From NCBI GenBank assembly GCA_010909165.1, contig MU008154.1, forward strand, positions 919,478-983,477: a stretch of DNA of 64,000 nucleotides. Direction: 5' to 3'. Numbering within the stretch: the first letter of the stretch is position 1; each line of letters starts with the position of its first letter. The DNA is from Anthoceros angustus (Eukaryota; Plantae; Anthocerotophyta). This document shows, in pieces, positions 1-12,000 of this stretch. The position numbers were made by a program, and so were the translations under genes. The notes beneath the pieces were generated by a model. The model worked only from the letters and a program-made list of their open reading frames with translations. It was not told the origin of the DNA and did no database searches.

Positions 1-3000
1 AAATACACGGACTTCTTAACCCTAAATTTTTCCTCCTCCTTTTGAAAACCGGACATTCATTCTAGCAAGCATTGTCAATGGTTTGCAAGAAGTGAAAACC
101 GAAACCTCGATTTTGGAGCCATGTCCTATTAGTGAAGGAGGTTTCATTCGTAAATAAGGAGGTTTGGATATTCACCCCTTCAAACAATAGCAAGTTATTG
201 TCCTCAATGATAGCTGTAACAAGGGATCCACAATCTTTCTCCACTCCTAGTGAAAGGTCCACACAACGAAGCCACCAAGCTTACTTATAATTAGGTGTGG
301 AGTCCTCAACTCATCATCGAGAGTCTCCTCGCTCAAAAGCCCTCGTGCACTCCGCATACAAAACACCAAACCGAGCCTTGTCACCTAGGCTACTATCACA
401 CCCCTACGAACATCATATTGCCCAAGTGGTGACCAACTTCACTCATCCGGATCCGTGAACTTTGTGTGCGAGTGCGAAGGGCTTGCTCAAGGTAGGAGGG
501 CGAGCTGGTCATGGACCAACCCGAGTAGGGACATGGAGTATTCTGCACGCTAAGGAGAGGTCGTGGTATCTAGTTGCTAGCGGAGGCTTGGACGTGTGGA
601 CCCGGAGGTTGGAGAGATGCCTATACAATCACCTATGTAGAATGAACTAACGATGTTCCTTGGGGAAGACCCTTATGTCTAAGGGGTTCCCAAGGAACAT
701 CCACTAGCCTATGGTGGATGGACTGTGAGTTTGGTCATTTGGGTGACTTCACATTAAGCGACAACCGGTGACAATTGCAACAATAATTATACATCTACAC
801 ATCAAATTTACCGTATGTAGCAATTAGTGAAGTTTCTAGAGTGAATTATTTATTGAGAAAAGAAAAGACGGAAAAATTTTCTTTTTTCAAATTTCTTCCC
901 TATATTACATGTGATTTGCGTCTTTAAAGTAATCTACGCTTTTAGCTTGTTCAAGAATAAGAGAATTTTGAGCTTCCTCTCAAGCGTTTTCTTATTTTTG
1001 GACCCCTTTGGGCGTCAGCGTTTTTGCCTTGTTCTCTGTAATGGCGGTAGAAGTAGCCTGCAACAAGGCCCTTTTGCCTTCTTCTATTACCTTTGGCGGT
1101 AGAAGTAGGCTGCATCAAGGCTTTTTGCCTTGTTCTCTGTAATGGTAGGAGTGGCCTGCGGCAAGGCCGTTTACATTCTTCTCGTAATGGCGTGAAGCGA
1201 CCTTCTTGACAGACGTGCAACGTTGAAGGCAAAAGCCCTTACCAAACTAGTAGTATGCGGGCACTCATGAATCCTCATCTCCAAGGAGGAGCTCAAGAGG
1301 AAGAGCGGTTAAGATAACACACATCCATATCGCAACGTGTCGGGGAGCGTCCACGAAGGTTGCCGCGAAAGTTGTACGCAACCTAACTCGAAAGTATCAG
1401 GCGAATCAACCGTCGCACATGTGGATGAAGGAGCGAGTGCCGCAAGGGAAGCCTTGTATCATGAGTCACAAGTTAGCCCTAACATTTAGAGGTTTTAGAG
1501 GTGAACTCCTGCATGTGCAACTTTGTCAATTTTGGTGGAGCCTTACAGGATCCCCTAGATTGCTTCCACCGTGTACCCACACCCAAATTGCTTTGTATGA
1601 TGTTTGGGCCCGTTGTCGTATGAACATGATCAAAATACACAACGGACTTCTTAACCTAAATTTTTCCTCCTCCTTTTGAAAACCGGACATTCGGTTCTAG
1701 CAAGCATTGTCAATGGTTTGCAAGAAGTGAAAACCGAAACCTCGATTTTGGAGCCATGTCCTATTAGTGAAGGAGGTTTCATTCGTAAATAAGGAGGTTT
1801 GGATATTCACCCCTTCAAACAATAGCAAGTTATTGTCCTCAATGATAGCTGTAACAAGGATCCACAATCTTTCTCCACTCCTAGTGAAAGGTCCACACAA
1901 CGAAGCCACCAAGCTTACTTATAATTAGGTGTGGAGTCCTCAACTCATCATACGAGAGTCTCATCGCTCAAAAGCCCTCGCACTCCGCACAAAACACCAA
2001 ACCGAGCCTTGTCACCTAGGCTACTATCACACCCCTACGAACATCATATTGCCCAAGTGGTGACCAACTTCACTCATCGGATCCGTGAACTTTGTGTGCG
2101 AGTGCACGAAGGGCTTGCTCAAGGTAGGAGGGCGAGCTGGTCATGGACCAACCCGAGTAGGGACATGGAGTATTCTCGCACGCTAAGGAGAGGTCGTGGT
2201 ATCTAGTTGCTAGCGGAGGCTTGGACGTGTGGACCCGGAGGTTGGAGAGATGCCTATACAATCACCTACGTAGAATGAACTAACGATGTTCCTTGGGAAG
2301 ACCCTTATGTCTAAGGGGTTCCCAAGGAACATCCACTAGCCTATGGTGGATGGACTGTGAGTTTGGTCATTTGGGTGACTTCACATTGCGACAACTTCGG
2401 TGACAATTGCAACAATAATTATACATCTACACATCAAATTTACCGTATGTAGCAATTAGTGAAGTTTCGAGAGTGAATTATTTATTGAGAAAAGAAAAGA
2501 CGGAAAAATTTTCTTTTTTCAAATTTCTTCCCTATATTACATGTGATTTGCGTCTTTAAAGTAATCTACGCTTTTAGCTTGTTCAAGAATAAGAGAATTT
2601 TTGAGCTTCCCTCTCAAGCGTTTTCTTATTTTTGGACCCCTTTGACGTCCGGCGTTTTTGCCTTGTTCTCTGTAATGGCGAGAAGTAGCCTGCAACAAGG
2701 CCCTTTTGCCTTCTTCTATTGTAATGGCGAGAAGTAGGCTGCATCAAGGCTTTTGCCTTCTCCTCGTGTAATGGTAGGAGTGGCCTGCGGCAAGGCCGTT
2801 TACATTCTTCATCGTAATGGCGTGAAGCGCCTTCTGACGCCTTTTCCGCCTTCTTCTACGAGAAGTGGTAGAAGTAATTTTTTGATTTTGGGATTCTTTT
2901 GATAGACTTCGGGGTATTGATTTTGCTTCCATTAATGCGTCATGGTGATGGATTGTGGAATTTATCGCCAATTCTTGTCCTTGCGCTTTGTAAGCAGAAT

Positions 3001-4662
3001 CAGCATTATCATTCGGTGCACCACTTAAGACACTTGTACGTGATGCAAGTCTCGTTATTGGAGGAGGATTCACCGGCTTTCGTCTTGGGTAGCCTCTGAC
3101 ATCATGATCATTGTGGTGTACATACTGCGTTTACAAATATGAATAGTCATGTTAAGAAAATCATAGACTTCAACTCATTCAATAATTTTGTATCGACTTA
3201 TCTATCTATCCACATAATAAAGAAGGAGCATTAGAAAAACTAAAACTATTATTGATAAAAATTTTAATTCTTTTCCAAGGCTTTTGCTTGAGCAAGATAC
3301 TCTATTCCAAGACTTTGTAGAAATTTGTAAGATAAATTCAAGTTCAACTGTTTCATCATCATAGGGAAGTTGAACGCACGACACCAATCGATTCCTTGTG
3401 CGTGGAATTCAAAATAATGTATATCACACAATTCCTCTTCCAACTTGAGGCTTGATCATTTGCCATCTTCAAGCCATTGTCATCTTCCATCTTTGAGCCA
3501 CTATTATCTTGTATCTTCAAGCTATTATAATTTTCCATTGATCTTGGAAACACAATTATCTTCAAGGTTGTTCACTCTTTTGTGCATTTATAATCTCAGA
3601 AAGTAGTTCTCAAAATGGGAGACTTGCTTTTAGGTTAAGTTAAGTGGTATTGCACAAATAATCGCTTTAAATTCTTTATCTCCCTCTCCTTTGGCCAATA
3701 AAATGACTAATCAGCCAATTTTTTCCAAGGCTTTTGCTTGAGCAAGATACTCTATTCCAAGACTTTGTAGAAATTTGTAAGATAAATTCAAGTTCAACTG
3801 TTTCATCATCATAGGGAAGTTGAACGACCGACACCAATCGATTCCTTGTGCGTGGAATTCAAAATAATGTATATCACACAATTCCTCTTCCAACTTCGAG
3901 GCTTGATCATTTGCCATCTTCAAGCCATTGTCATCTTCCATCTTTGAGCCACTATTATCTTGTATCTTCAAGCTATTATAATTTTCCATTGATCTTGGAA
4001 ACACAATTATCTTCAAGGTTGTTCACTCTTTTGTGCATTTATAATCTCAGAAAGTAGTTCTCAAAATGGGAGACTTGCTTTTAGGTTAAGTTAAGTGGTA
4101 TTGCACAAATAATCGCTTTAAATTCTTTATCTCCCTCTCCTTTGGCCAATAAAATGACTAATCAGCCAATTTTTTCCAAGGCTTTTGCTTGAGCAAGATA
4201 CTCTATTCCAAGACTTTGTAGAAATTTGTAAGATAAATTCAAGTTCAACTGTTTCATCATCATAGGGAAGTTGAACGACCGACACCAATCGATTCCTTGT
4301 GCGTGGAATTCAAAATAATGTATGTCACACAATTCCTCTTCCAACTTTGAGTCATGATCATTTGCCATCTTCAAGCCATTGTCATCTTCCATCTTTGAGC
4401 CACTATTATCTTGTATCTTCAAGCTATTATAATTTTCCATTGATCTTGGAAACACAATTATCTTCAAGGTTGTTCACTCTTTTTGTGCATTTATAATCTC
4501 CGTAGTGCGAGTTCTCAAAATGCGAGACTTGCTTTTAGGTTAAGTTAAGTGGTATTGCACAAATAATCAGTTTAAATTCTTTATCTCCCTCTCCTTTGGC
4601 CAATAAAAATGACTAATCAGCCAATTTTTTTCTCAATAAAATTATAAATTGTTTGTAGCTTA

Positions 4663-5330
4663 AGTAACACCCTTTCTAGGGCAGCAATTCACGTGAGGCG
4701 TGGCAAAGATCACAAGATAGGCATGCCTTTCGCTACTCCCTAGACTCAAGATAAAGCTTCAAGCTAGCTCTCCACAATGCTCTAAGCAATGTCTCGGAAA
4801 GCCTCTCAAGCTCTAAGGATTTGCCTTTTATATCCAAGCTCCTCTCATCTAGGCTGCTAAATACAATGTCGTGCCACTTAGATAGCTACTAATAAGCTCG
4901 CCCCATTTGGATAGCTACTAACAAGTTCGCCCCATTTGGATAGCTATTAACAAGCTTGCCCCATTTGGGTAGCTATTAGTTCGCCCCATTTGGGTAGCTA
5001 AACAAGCTCCCATTTGAGTGGCTAATAACAAGCTCGCCCCATTTGAGTGGCTAATAATAAGCTCGCCCTATTTGAGTAGCTACAAACAAGCTCGTCCCAT
5101 TTGGGTAGCTAATAACAAGTTCGACCCATTTGGTAGCTACAAACAAGCTCGTCCCATTTGGGTAGCTAATAACAAGTTCGTCCCATTTGGGTAGCTACAA
5201 ACAAGCTCGTCCCATTTGGGTAGCTAATAACAAGTTCGCCCCATTTGGTAGCTACAAACAAGCTCGTCCCATTTGGGTAGCTAATAACAAGCTCGCCTAT
5301 TTGGGTAGCTACTAACAAGGTCACCCAATC
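4663..5330 (-). mobile_element. Possible solo or truncated LTR remnant (present in every unit)
   Basis: The + strand agtaacaccc resembles the TGTAACACCC/GGGTGTTACA terminus common in plant Ty3/gypsy LTRs. On the - strand a tataaaa box lies ~170 bp upstream of it, and tandem 29-bp repeats occupy a U3-like position. No PBS, PPT, second terminus or TSD was found. Confidence 0.3.
4883..5319. repeat. 29-bp minisatellite, ~15 units (tagctacaaacaagctcgtcccatttggg / tagctaataacaagttcgccccatttggg)
   Basis: Contiguous tandem units with no spacers; two variants often alternate, giving a 58-bp higher-order repeat. Confidence 0.95.
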
Positions 5331-5569
5331 TATATCCAATCGCTATCTTTGGGATCTCATGCAACTTCGTTGCAATTAAGGTTAGCATGCATGCAACCTC
5401 ATCTCAACATGACTAACATGAATATAATAATATTTGAAGCGACTGAATATTCAAGCCTCTTTTGGTAGAATCGAGCTTCCAAAAAATTGCACAATAACTA
5501 AATTACAATTTTAGGCAATTTTTACATGAGGCAATGGGTATTAGTTATCGAGATCTAGAATTTTCTAGG

Positions 5570-6480
5570 TAGCTAGCAATTTAAGATCCATTGCAATGTA
5601 TACATTTGGTCCAAGTTTAGCATAACTATGTAACGGACCAAGTTTGAACTAAGTACCTCCTGTTGGGCACTACTTGGAATCGATCGCCTTGGGTGAGACG
5701 ACGAGCGGCCGTATGTCAACGTTTCTAGCTATTGGTTCGGTTTTGCCGAACTTTATAACACACATCCATCCCTTGATTAGTTCTTGCCCAAACTTCATAT
5801 GCGTACCTGCTAAGAAACGTCAACCTTTACGGACCCCCTAAAGCCTAAGCCCTGTACCATCACAGTGATGATGACGTGCGTTGGCCGCGTGATATTTTTC
5901 ACAGCACCCCCTCGAAAGTGATCCCCAAAGAACAAGGAACTTTTTGCACGTACACATTAGGATGATTGATTAGTGGCAAAAGGGCTTTATGAACAAATGA
6001 TTTGGAGGGTTCGACATCCAAGGAGAGTTATCCCGATCGGGGACTATATATATGGAGGGCATTCATTTTTCGTACTAGATTGTGGAACCAAACCAAGTGC
6101 TGCTCAACATATGTACTCGTCGAAAAGTACTACCACCAAAGCTATAAAACTTCTTGAAAGACGTACAACGTTGAAGAGCAAAAGCCTAACAAAACTAGTA
6201 GCTGTTGTACGGGCATTCATGAATCCCCATCTCTGCAAGGAGGAGCTCAAAGGAAGAGGAAGTTGAGACAACACGCATCCATAGCGCAACGGGTGACGGG
6301 AGCGTCCACCAAAGGTGTACGCAACCTAACTCGAAAGTATCAGGCGAATCAATCCTCGCACATGTGGATGAAGCAACGAGTGCCGCAAGGCAAGCATTGT
6401 ATCATGAGATGATGGCAAGTGGTGCCAAGATCAAAAAGCCAAAAGAACTTCAAGCTCGTGTAGCGCGAGAGCAAGCTTAA
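5570..6480. repeat. A module copy A1 (unidentified; paralogues A2 ~9010-9600 and A3 ~9887-10715 within the same unit)
   Basis: Shared blocks gctagcaatttaa..cataactatgtaacggacc..cctaaagcctaagccc..gatccccaaagaacaaggaac..cacatgtggatgaa, with fixed substitutions distinguishing A1, A2 and A3. Confidence 0.88.
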
Positions 6481-6484
6481 GGCG

Positions 6485-8400
6485 AGGCGCCGAGCTGTGA
6501 GATACAACGTTTGTGAAAGTGGGGCCTGAAATAAGTGGAGTCTGCAACAGTGTAACGGTTTGGAGATCAGCAACCTGGACATAAATGTCCAGAATGAGAG
6601 TACGCTTAGCAATAGCAAATTCGATCGCCAGTGAAAGACTGAGCATCGGGCCAAAAGAATCGCCCTGTCCCTAGGCATCCGTTGCTCTTCAACACTTGTT
6701 GGTGAAGACGGAGCCTCATCCTCAAAGGAGTACCACTGGTCGTACTCGCTGAAAGCATCTTTCAGGGTCAGAGCCTCCAACAATGTTTCAGGGTAGCCAA
6801 TAAATCCAGGTGAAGGATCATTTCATCCCAGTCCGTTCACCAACGGCGCATCTAAGACACGTGCGCGTGCACAGAAGTTAAATCCTGTGTCAGGATGCAT
6901 GTAGTCCATCCTGCAAGCGGTATCAAATCTGGAGCTCGGGGACTGTGAATGCAGCAATGTTACCTTGTCTCTGCTGCCCACAGGACCTCTTTTGTTGCAT
7001 TTGACTGTTGTGATGCCGGCCCACTCCAGCGCTGGTGCAGGAGGTCATGGTGCTTCCTGCGTGCAAACGCCTTGGAAGCGAATTAGTCGTGTCTCTGAGA
7101 GAAAATGATCTCGCCTGTCTGGAAGAGACTTGGCCGAGGCCAGCCAACAAGAGCAGCAGCCAGACGATGGGATAGGGGACCGTGTCCCGCTCAATGAGCC
7201 GTCCGTGACGTAGTTCTGTTGAAGCTGCAGGCTCTTGCAGCCCCTTCCACCCTTCAGCGGCTGGAAGTTCGCCCTGAACAGGATGCTTCGGCTGCCGGTT
7301 TCGAAGCTAGCCTGAGAACACGCAATGGTGGAATTGCTTGGAGCATCGTATGGGTGCTGCTGCCCCAGAGCTGGGAGCGCAATTTCAGACTCGCGTGCCC
7401 ACACCAGAAGCCTGTCCTGGGATACATCCTTTTAGCAAGTTGATGGCGCTCGGGGACTGTGAGGGCCCTGCAACGTTACCCGTCTCTCCTGCCCACAGCA
7501 CCCTTCTCTGCTGCATTTGCCGGCCTTGCCCAGCCATCCAGCAGACCACCTGGAGTGGGAGATGCTAGAGGAGCTCCGATTCCGAAGGCTGCTTCCCGAT
7601 TCTCAGCTTGGGATTCTAAACTGCAGGAATGGAGATTTCTCAACAAAACAAGGAACACGTTGCGAGAACGACAAACCCTAAACCCATGTCTGGCTCCTTG
7701 TATTCCCTTTGGCGGCCTGGTACCATCTTGTTGCTCACTGCCAGTTCGTTGGTTCACAACGGGTAAATTTGACTAGCTTTGCTCTCCCTTCCAAATATCA
7801 GGTTGATGTCGAATGTGACTGGAGGATCATGACCCTGCTTCTGGAACCCGGAAAGTGTGTATACAATGCTGATGCTCCTGAGGAGGGAACGGTCTGTGTT
7901 GAAGAAACGCGTCCCACAGGCATTCTCATGCATGTAAGAGTAAGGATAAGGTGGCTGTAACAGGCATCCACTACCAGTTTCAGTTACTTTGTCTCCTAAT
8001 ACAAATGGCTCGCCCGCTACATACAGATCGCAGATGGCATGTTGCTGCACAAGGGCATCACTAGTCTGGCTGCGAACCGGTTTGCAGAGAGGAGATCAAG
8101 CCCTGATCACCTGAGCTGCAGCCATATCCCTTGTCGATTTATTGCCCTAATTCCCTTCCTCGATGCAGTTTGAAGCTCTGGTTCTGCGATTCAGAGCTGT
8201 ACCCTCACCGAATCGTTCCTAGGAAAGTTCTCGAATTCTCTGCTTTGCAGCTGGCATGCATGCGTGCCAATGTGGTTCACCAACAGGATTCCGACTAACC
8301 GCCGGTTAGTGCTGGTTAGCCGGACACTCACTTGCACTCATTTCCAGTTTTGCGAAAAGCCGTTGGCAATGGATCCTCACCCGGATACTTCTTTTGATAA
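6485..8400 (-). pseudogene. Segment B: GC-richer gene-like fragment with short introns, unidentified product, probably pseudogenised (copies at ~14800-16710, 27552-28836, 29020-30930, 39485-42870, 48060-49965, 55125-57040, 58779-59425)
   Basis: The - strand shows AG|GTAAC donors and AG|G acceptors delimiting 53-nt (6911-6963) and 51-nt (7429-7479) introns. The frame RMDYMHPDTGFNFC..GLG*NDPSPGFIGYPETLLEALTLKDAFSEYDRWYSF.. has one in-frame TGA at 6823-6825 in all copies. No family recognised. Confidence 0.45.
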
Positions 8401-8620
8401 ATTTCCATCTTATACCCAACATGTGCATAGTATATAATATAGTAGTTTATATCATTTTCATCATTTATCTTTACCTTGAATCTTAGTAGTGAACTTCACT
8501 TATTAGGAAGATTGAAGTTGAAATCATATTCATCAATATTTATATTAATTATAATTTAATTTAATATTGATCTAAAAATTAAATGCTATATGTCATGGGC
8601 CTTACCCGTGATGTCGAACA

Positions 8621-9011
8621 GCATGGCTTTCACATGAAAAAAAGGATTGGATGAGGCATTGCTTATATTGCAAAGTTCTTGTTGACGAAATAATACGTCG
8701 GCATCAAGATGCATTGTATACTCGAATCAACAACCGCATGAGGTATAAGAGCTAGTAAGAGATGTTTATATGCAAAGATATGACATTCTCAATATACTTA
8801 CACAAGTTGAAGTTGGTGAATGGAAGTTAGCCGGATGATGCCACATCGGTCATTATGGTTGGAGCAAAATCGCCTATAGTCTTCCACCAATCAAGCGAGA
8901 ATCAATCTTCGCTTTGGGTATTCAAACTCCTTTTATGTTAAATTGCATGGTGCTTTATGGGAATGGTAATGTGCTAGCTGTGGATGCAACTTTTGGGTTG
9001 AACAAGTACGG
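8621..9011 (+). pseudogene. Truncated Mutator-like (MULE/SWIM-associated) transposase fragment
   Basis: Frame-corrected translation: LSHEKKDWMRHCLYCKVLVDEIIRRHQDA..RDVYMQRYDILNI..DDATS..WLEQN..IVFHQ..SFALGIQTPFMLNCMVLYGNGNVLAVDATFGLNKYG. This matches the remembered plant MULE/SWIM motif (ETIMQRH..RDDLL..DDAVSV.MW..PFILGIQTEWQLQQMIRFGN..DS.FGTNK.KY). It ends just after the first catalytic Asp. Confidence 0.75.
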
Positions 9012-12000
9012 ATCCCCTAAAGCCTAAGCCCCCTCACGGTGATGATGATGGCGTCGTTGGCACGATATTTTCACGCACCTTGAAAGTGATCCCCAAAGAA
9101 CAAGGAACTTTTGCACATTAGGATGATTGATTAGTGGCAAAAAGGCTTTATGTCAAATGATTTGGAGGGTTCGACATCCAAGGAGAGTTCTCCGATCGGG
9201 GACTATATATATGGAGGGCATTCATTGTACGTATTAGATTGTGGAACCAAACCAAGCGCTCAACATACTGCCGAAAGAGTACTACCACGAGTTATAGAAC
9301 TTTCTTGAAAGACGTGCAACGTTGAAGAGCAAAAAGCCTAACAAAACTAGTAGTTGTAATCGGCACTCATGAATCCTCATCTCCAAGGAGGAGCTCAAGA
9401 GGAAGAGGAAGTTGAGACAACACGCATCCATATCGCAACGTGACGGAGTGTCCACGAAGGTTGCACGCCAAAGTCGACGCAACCTAACTCGAAAGTATCG
9501 AATCAACCTCGCACATGTGGATGAAGCGTGAGTGCCGCAAGGGAAGCATCGTTCATGAGATGATGGCAAGTGGTGCCAAGATCAAAACCAAAGAACTTCA
9601 AGCACGCAAAGACGGCGAGAATCGATTGTCCTCAAAGTTGACCTAAGCGGCTCATCTTGAAAGAAAGCAAGTGCAACGAGGAGGACGAACTCAACAACAC
9701 CTCGGCTCGCTCCAAGACTACTACGGTGGGAGTAGTTGGTGCTATTAACCCTATCGCGACGAGTCCAAGGGCTCGAGGAGAAGTTGATGAAGAGGAAGGA
9801 GAAGTCACGAAAACCAAAAGCATTGCGGAAGCTAAGAAAAGAGGCCAAGGCCGAATGCGCCAGAGAAGTAGAGTTGGTAGCTAGCAATTTAACATACATT
9901 GCAATGTATACATTTGGTGCAAGTTTACGCATAACTATGTAACGGACCAAGTTTGAACTAAGTACCTACATGTTGGGCAACTACTTGGGAGCGATCGAGA
10001 CTGGGTGAGATGTACGAGAGCGGCCGTATGTCAATGTTCTTGGCTATGGGCTCGGTTGTGCCGCACTTTATAACACGATCCGCCTTGATTAGTTCTTGCC
10101 CAAATTGCATATGCATGCCTTCTAAGAAACGTCAACCCCACGGATCCCCAAAGCCTAAGCCCTGCACTCACGGTGATGATGACGCGCGTTGGCCGACGAT
10201 ATTTTCACGCACCTTGAAAGTGATCCCCAAAGAACAAGGAACTTTTGCACGTACATTAGGATGATTGATTAGTGTCAAAAAGGCTTTATGAGCAAATGAT
10301 TTGGAGGGTTCGACATCCAAGGAGAGTTCTCCGATCGGGACTATATATATGGAGGGCATTCATTGTCGTATTAGATTGTGGAACCAAACCAAGTGCCGCT
10401 CAACATACTCGCCGAAAGAGTACTACCACCAAAGCTATAGAACCTTCTTGACAGACGTGCAACGCGTTGAAGGGCAAAAGCCCTTACCAAACTAGTAGCG
10501 TTGTACGGGCACTCATGAATCCTCATCTCTCAAGGAGGAGCTCAAGAGGAAGAGCGGTTAAGATAACACACATCCATATCGCAACGTGTCGGGAGCGTCC
10601 ACGAAGGTTGCACGCCGCGAAAGTTGTACGCAACCTAACTCGAAAGTATCAGGCGAATCAACCGTCGCACATGTGGATGAAGGAGCGAGTGCAAGGGAAG
10701 CAATCATCATGAGTCACAAGTTAGCCCTAACATTTAGAGGTTTTAGAGGTGAACTCCTGCATGTGCAACTTTGTCAATTTTGGTGGAGCCTTACAGGATC
10801 ACCCCTAGATTGCTTCCACCGTACTCCACACCCAAATGTTTTGTATGATGTTTGGGCCCGTTGTCGATGAACATGATCAAAATACACAACGGACTTCTTA
10901 ACCTAAATTTTTCCTCCTCCTTTTGAAACCGGACATTCTTCTAGCAAGCATTGTCAATGGTTTGCAAGAAGTGAAAACCGAAACCTCGATTTTGGAGCCA
11001 TGTCCTATTAGTGAAGGAGGTTTCATTGAAATAAGGAGGTTTGGATATTCACCCCTTCAAACAATAGCAAGTTATTGTCCTCAATGATAGCCTGTAATAA
11101 GGGATCCACAATCTTTCTCCACTCCTAGTGAAAGGTCCACACAACGAAGCCACCAAGCTTACTTATAATTAGGTGTGGAGTCCTCAACTCATACGAGAGT
11201 CTCTCGCTCAAAGCCCCTCGTGCACTCCGCATACAAAACACCAAACCGAGCCTTGTCACCTAGGCTACTATCACACCCCTACGAACATCATATTGCCCAA
11301 GTGGTGACCAACTTCACTCATCCGATCCGTGAACTTTGTGTGCGAGTGCACGAAGGGCTTGCTCAAGGTAGGAGGGCGAGCTGGTCATGGACCAACCGAG
11401 TAGGGACATGGAGTATTCTCGCACGCTAAGGAGAGGTCGTGGTATCTAGTTGCTAGCGGAGGCTTGGACGTGTGGACCCGGAGGTTGGAGAGATGCCTAT
11501 ACAATCACCTCGTAGAATGAACTAACGATGTTCCTTGGGAAGACCCTTATGTCTAAGGGGTTCCCAAGGAACATCCACTAGCCTATGGTGGATGGACCGT
11601 GAGTTTGGTCATTTGGGTGACTTCACATTGCGACAACCGGTGACAATTGCAACAATAATTATACATCTACACATCAAATTTACCGTATGTAGCAATTAGT
11701 GAAGTTTCTCGAGAGTGAATTATTTATTGAGAAAAGAAAAGACGGAAAAATTTTCTTTTTTTCAAATTTCTTCCCTATATTACATGTGATTTGCGTCTTT
11801 AAAGTAATCTACGCTTTTAGCTTGTTCAAGAATAAGAGAATTTTGAGCTTCCTCTCAAGCGTTTTCTTATTTTTGGACCCCTTTGACGCCCCTGCTTTTT
11901 GCCTTCTCCTCGTGTAATGGCGGTAGAAGTAGCCTGCAACAAGGCCCGTTTTACATTCTTCATCGTAATGGCGGTAGAAGTAGGCTGCATCAAGGCTTTT

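Larger units (their letters stand above)
1..8584. repeat. Array unit 1 (partial, with internal duplications)
   Basis: Modules D-E-F-minisatellite-A1-B-AT spacer are colinear with unit 2. Contains an internal 1.63 kb duplication and a 3x451 bp repeat. Confidence 0.9.

Noticed and set aside
4883-5319. 29-bp repeats as a CRISPR array
   Set aside because: Units are contiguous with no unique spacers, there are no cas genes, and the context is eukaryotic.
7673-7685. aaaccctaaaccc as telomeric repeat
   Set aside because: Fewer than two units. At most it is a telo-box-like motif, not a telomere remnant.
8570-8600. Helitron termini at the unit junction
   Set aside because: Neither strand shows a 5'-TC / 3'-CTRR pair with a GC-rich subterminal hairpin at an A|T site.
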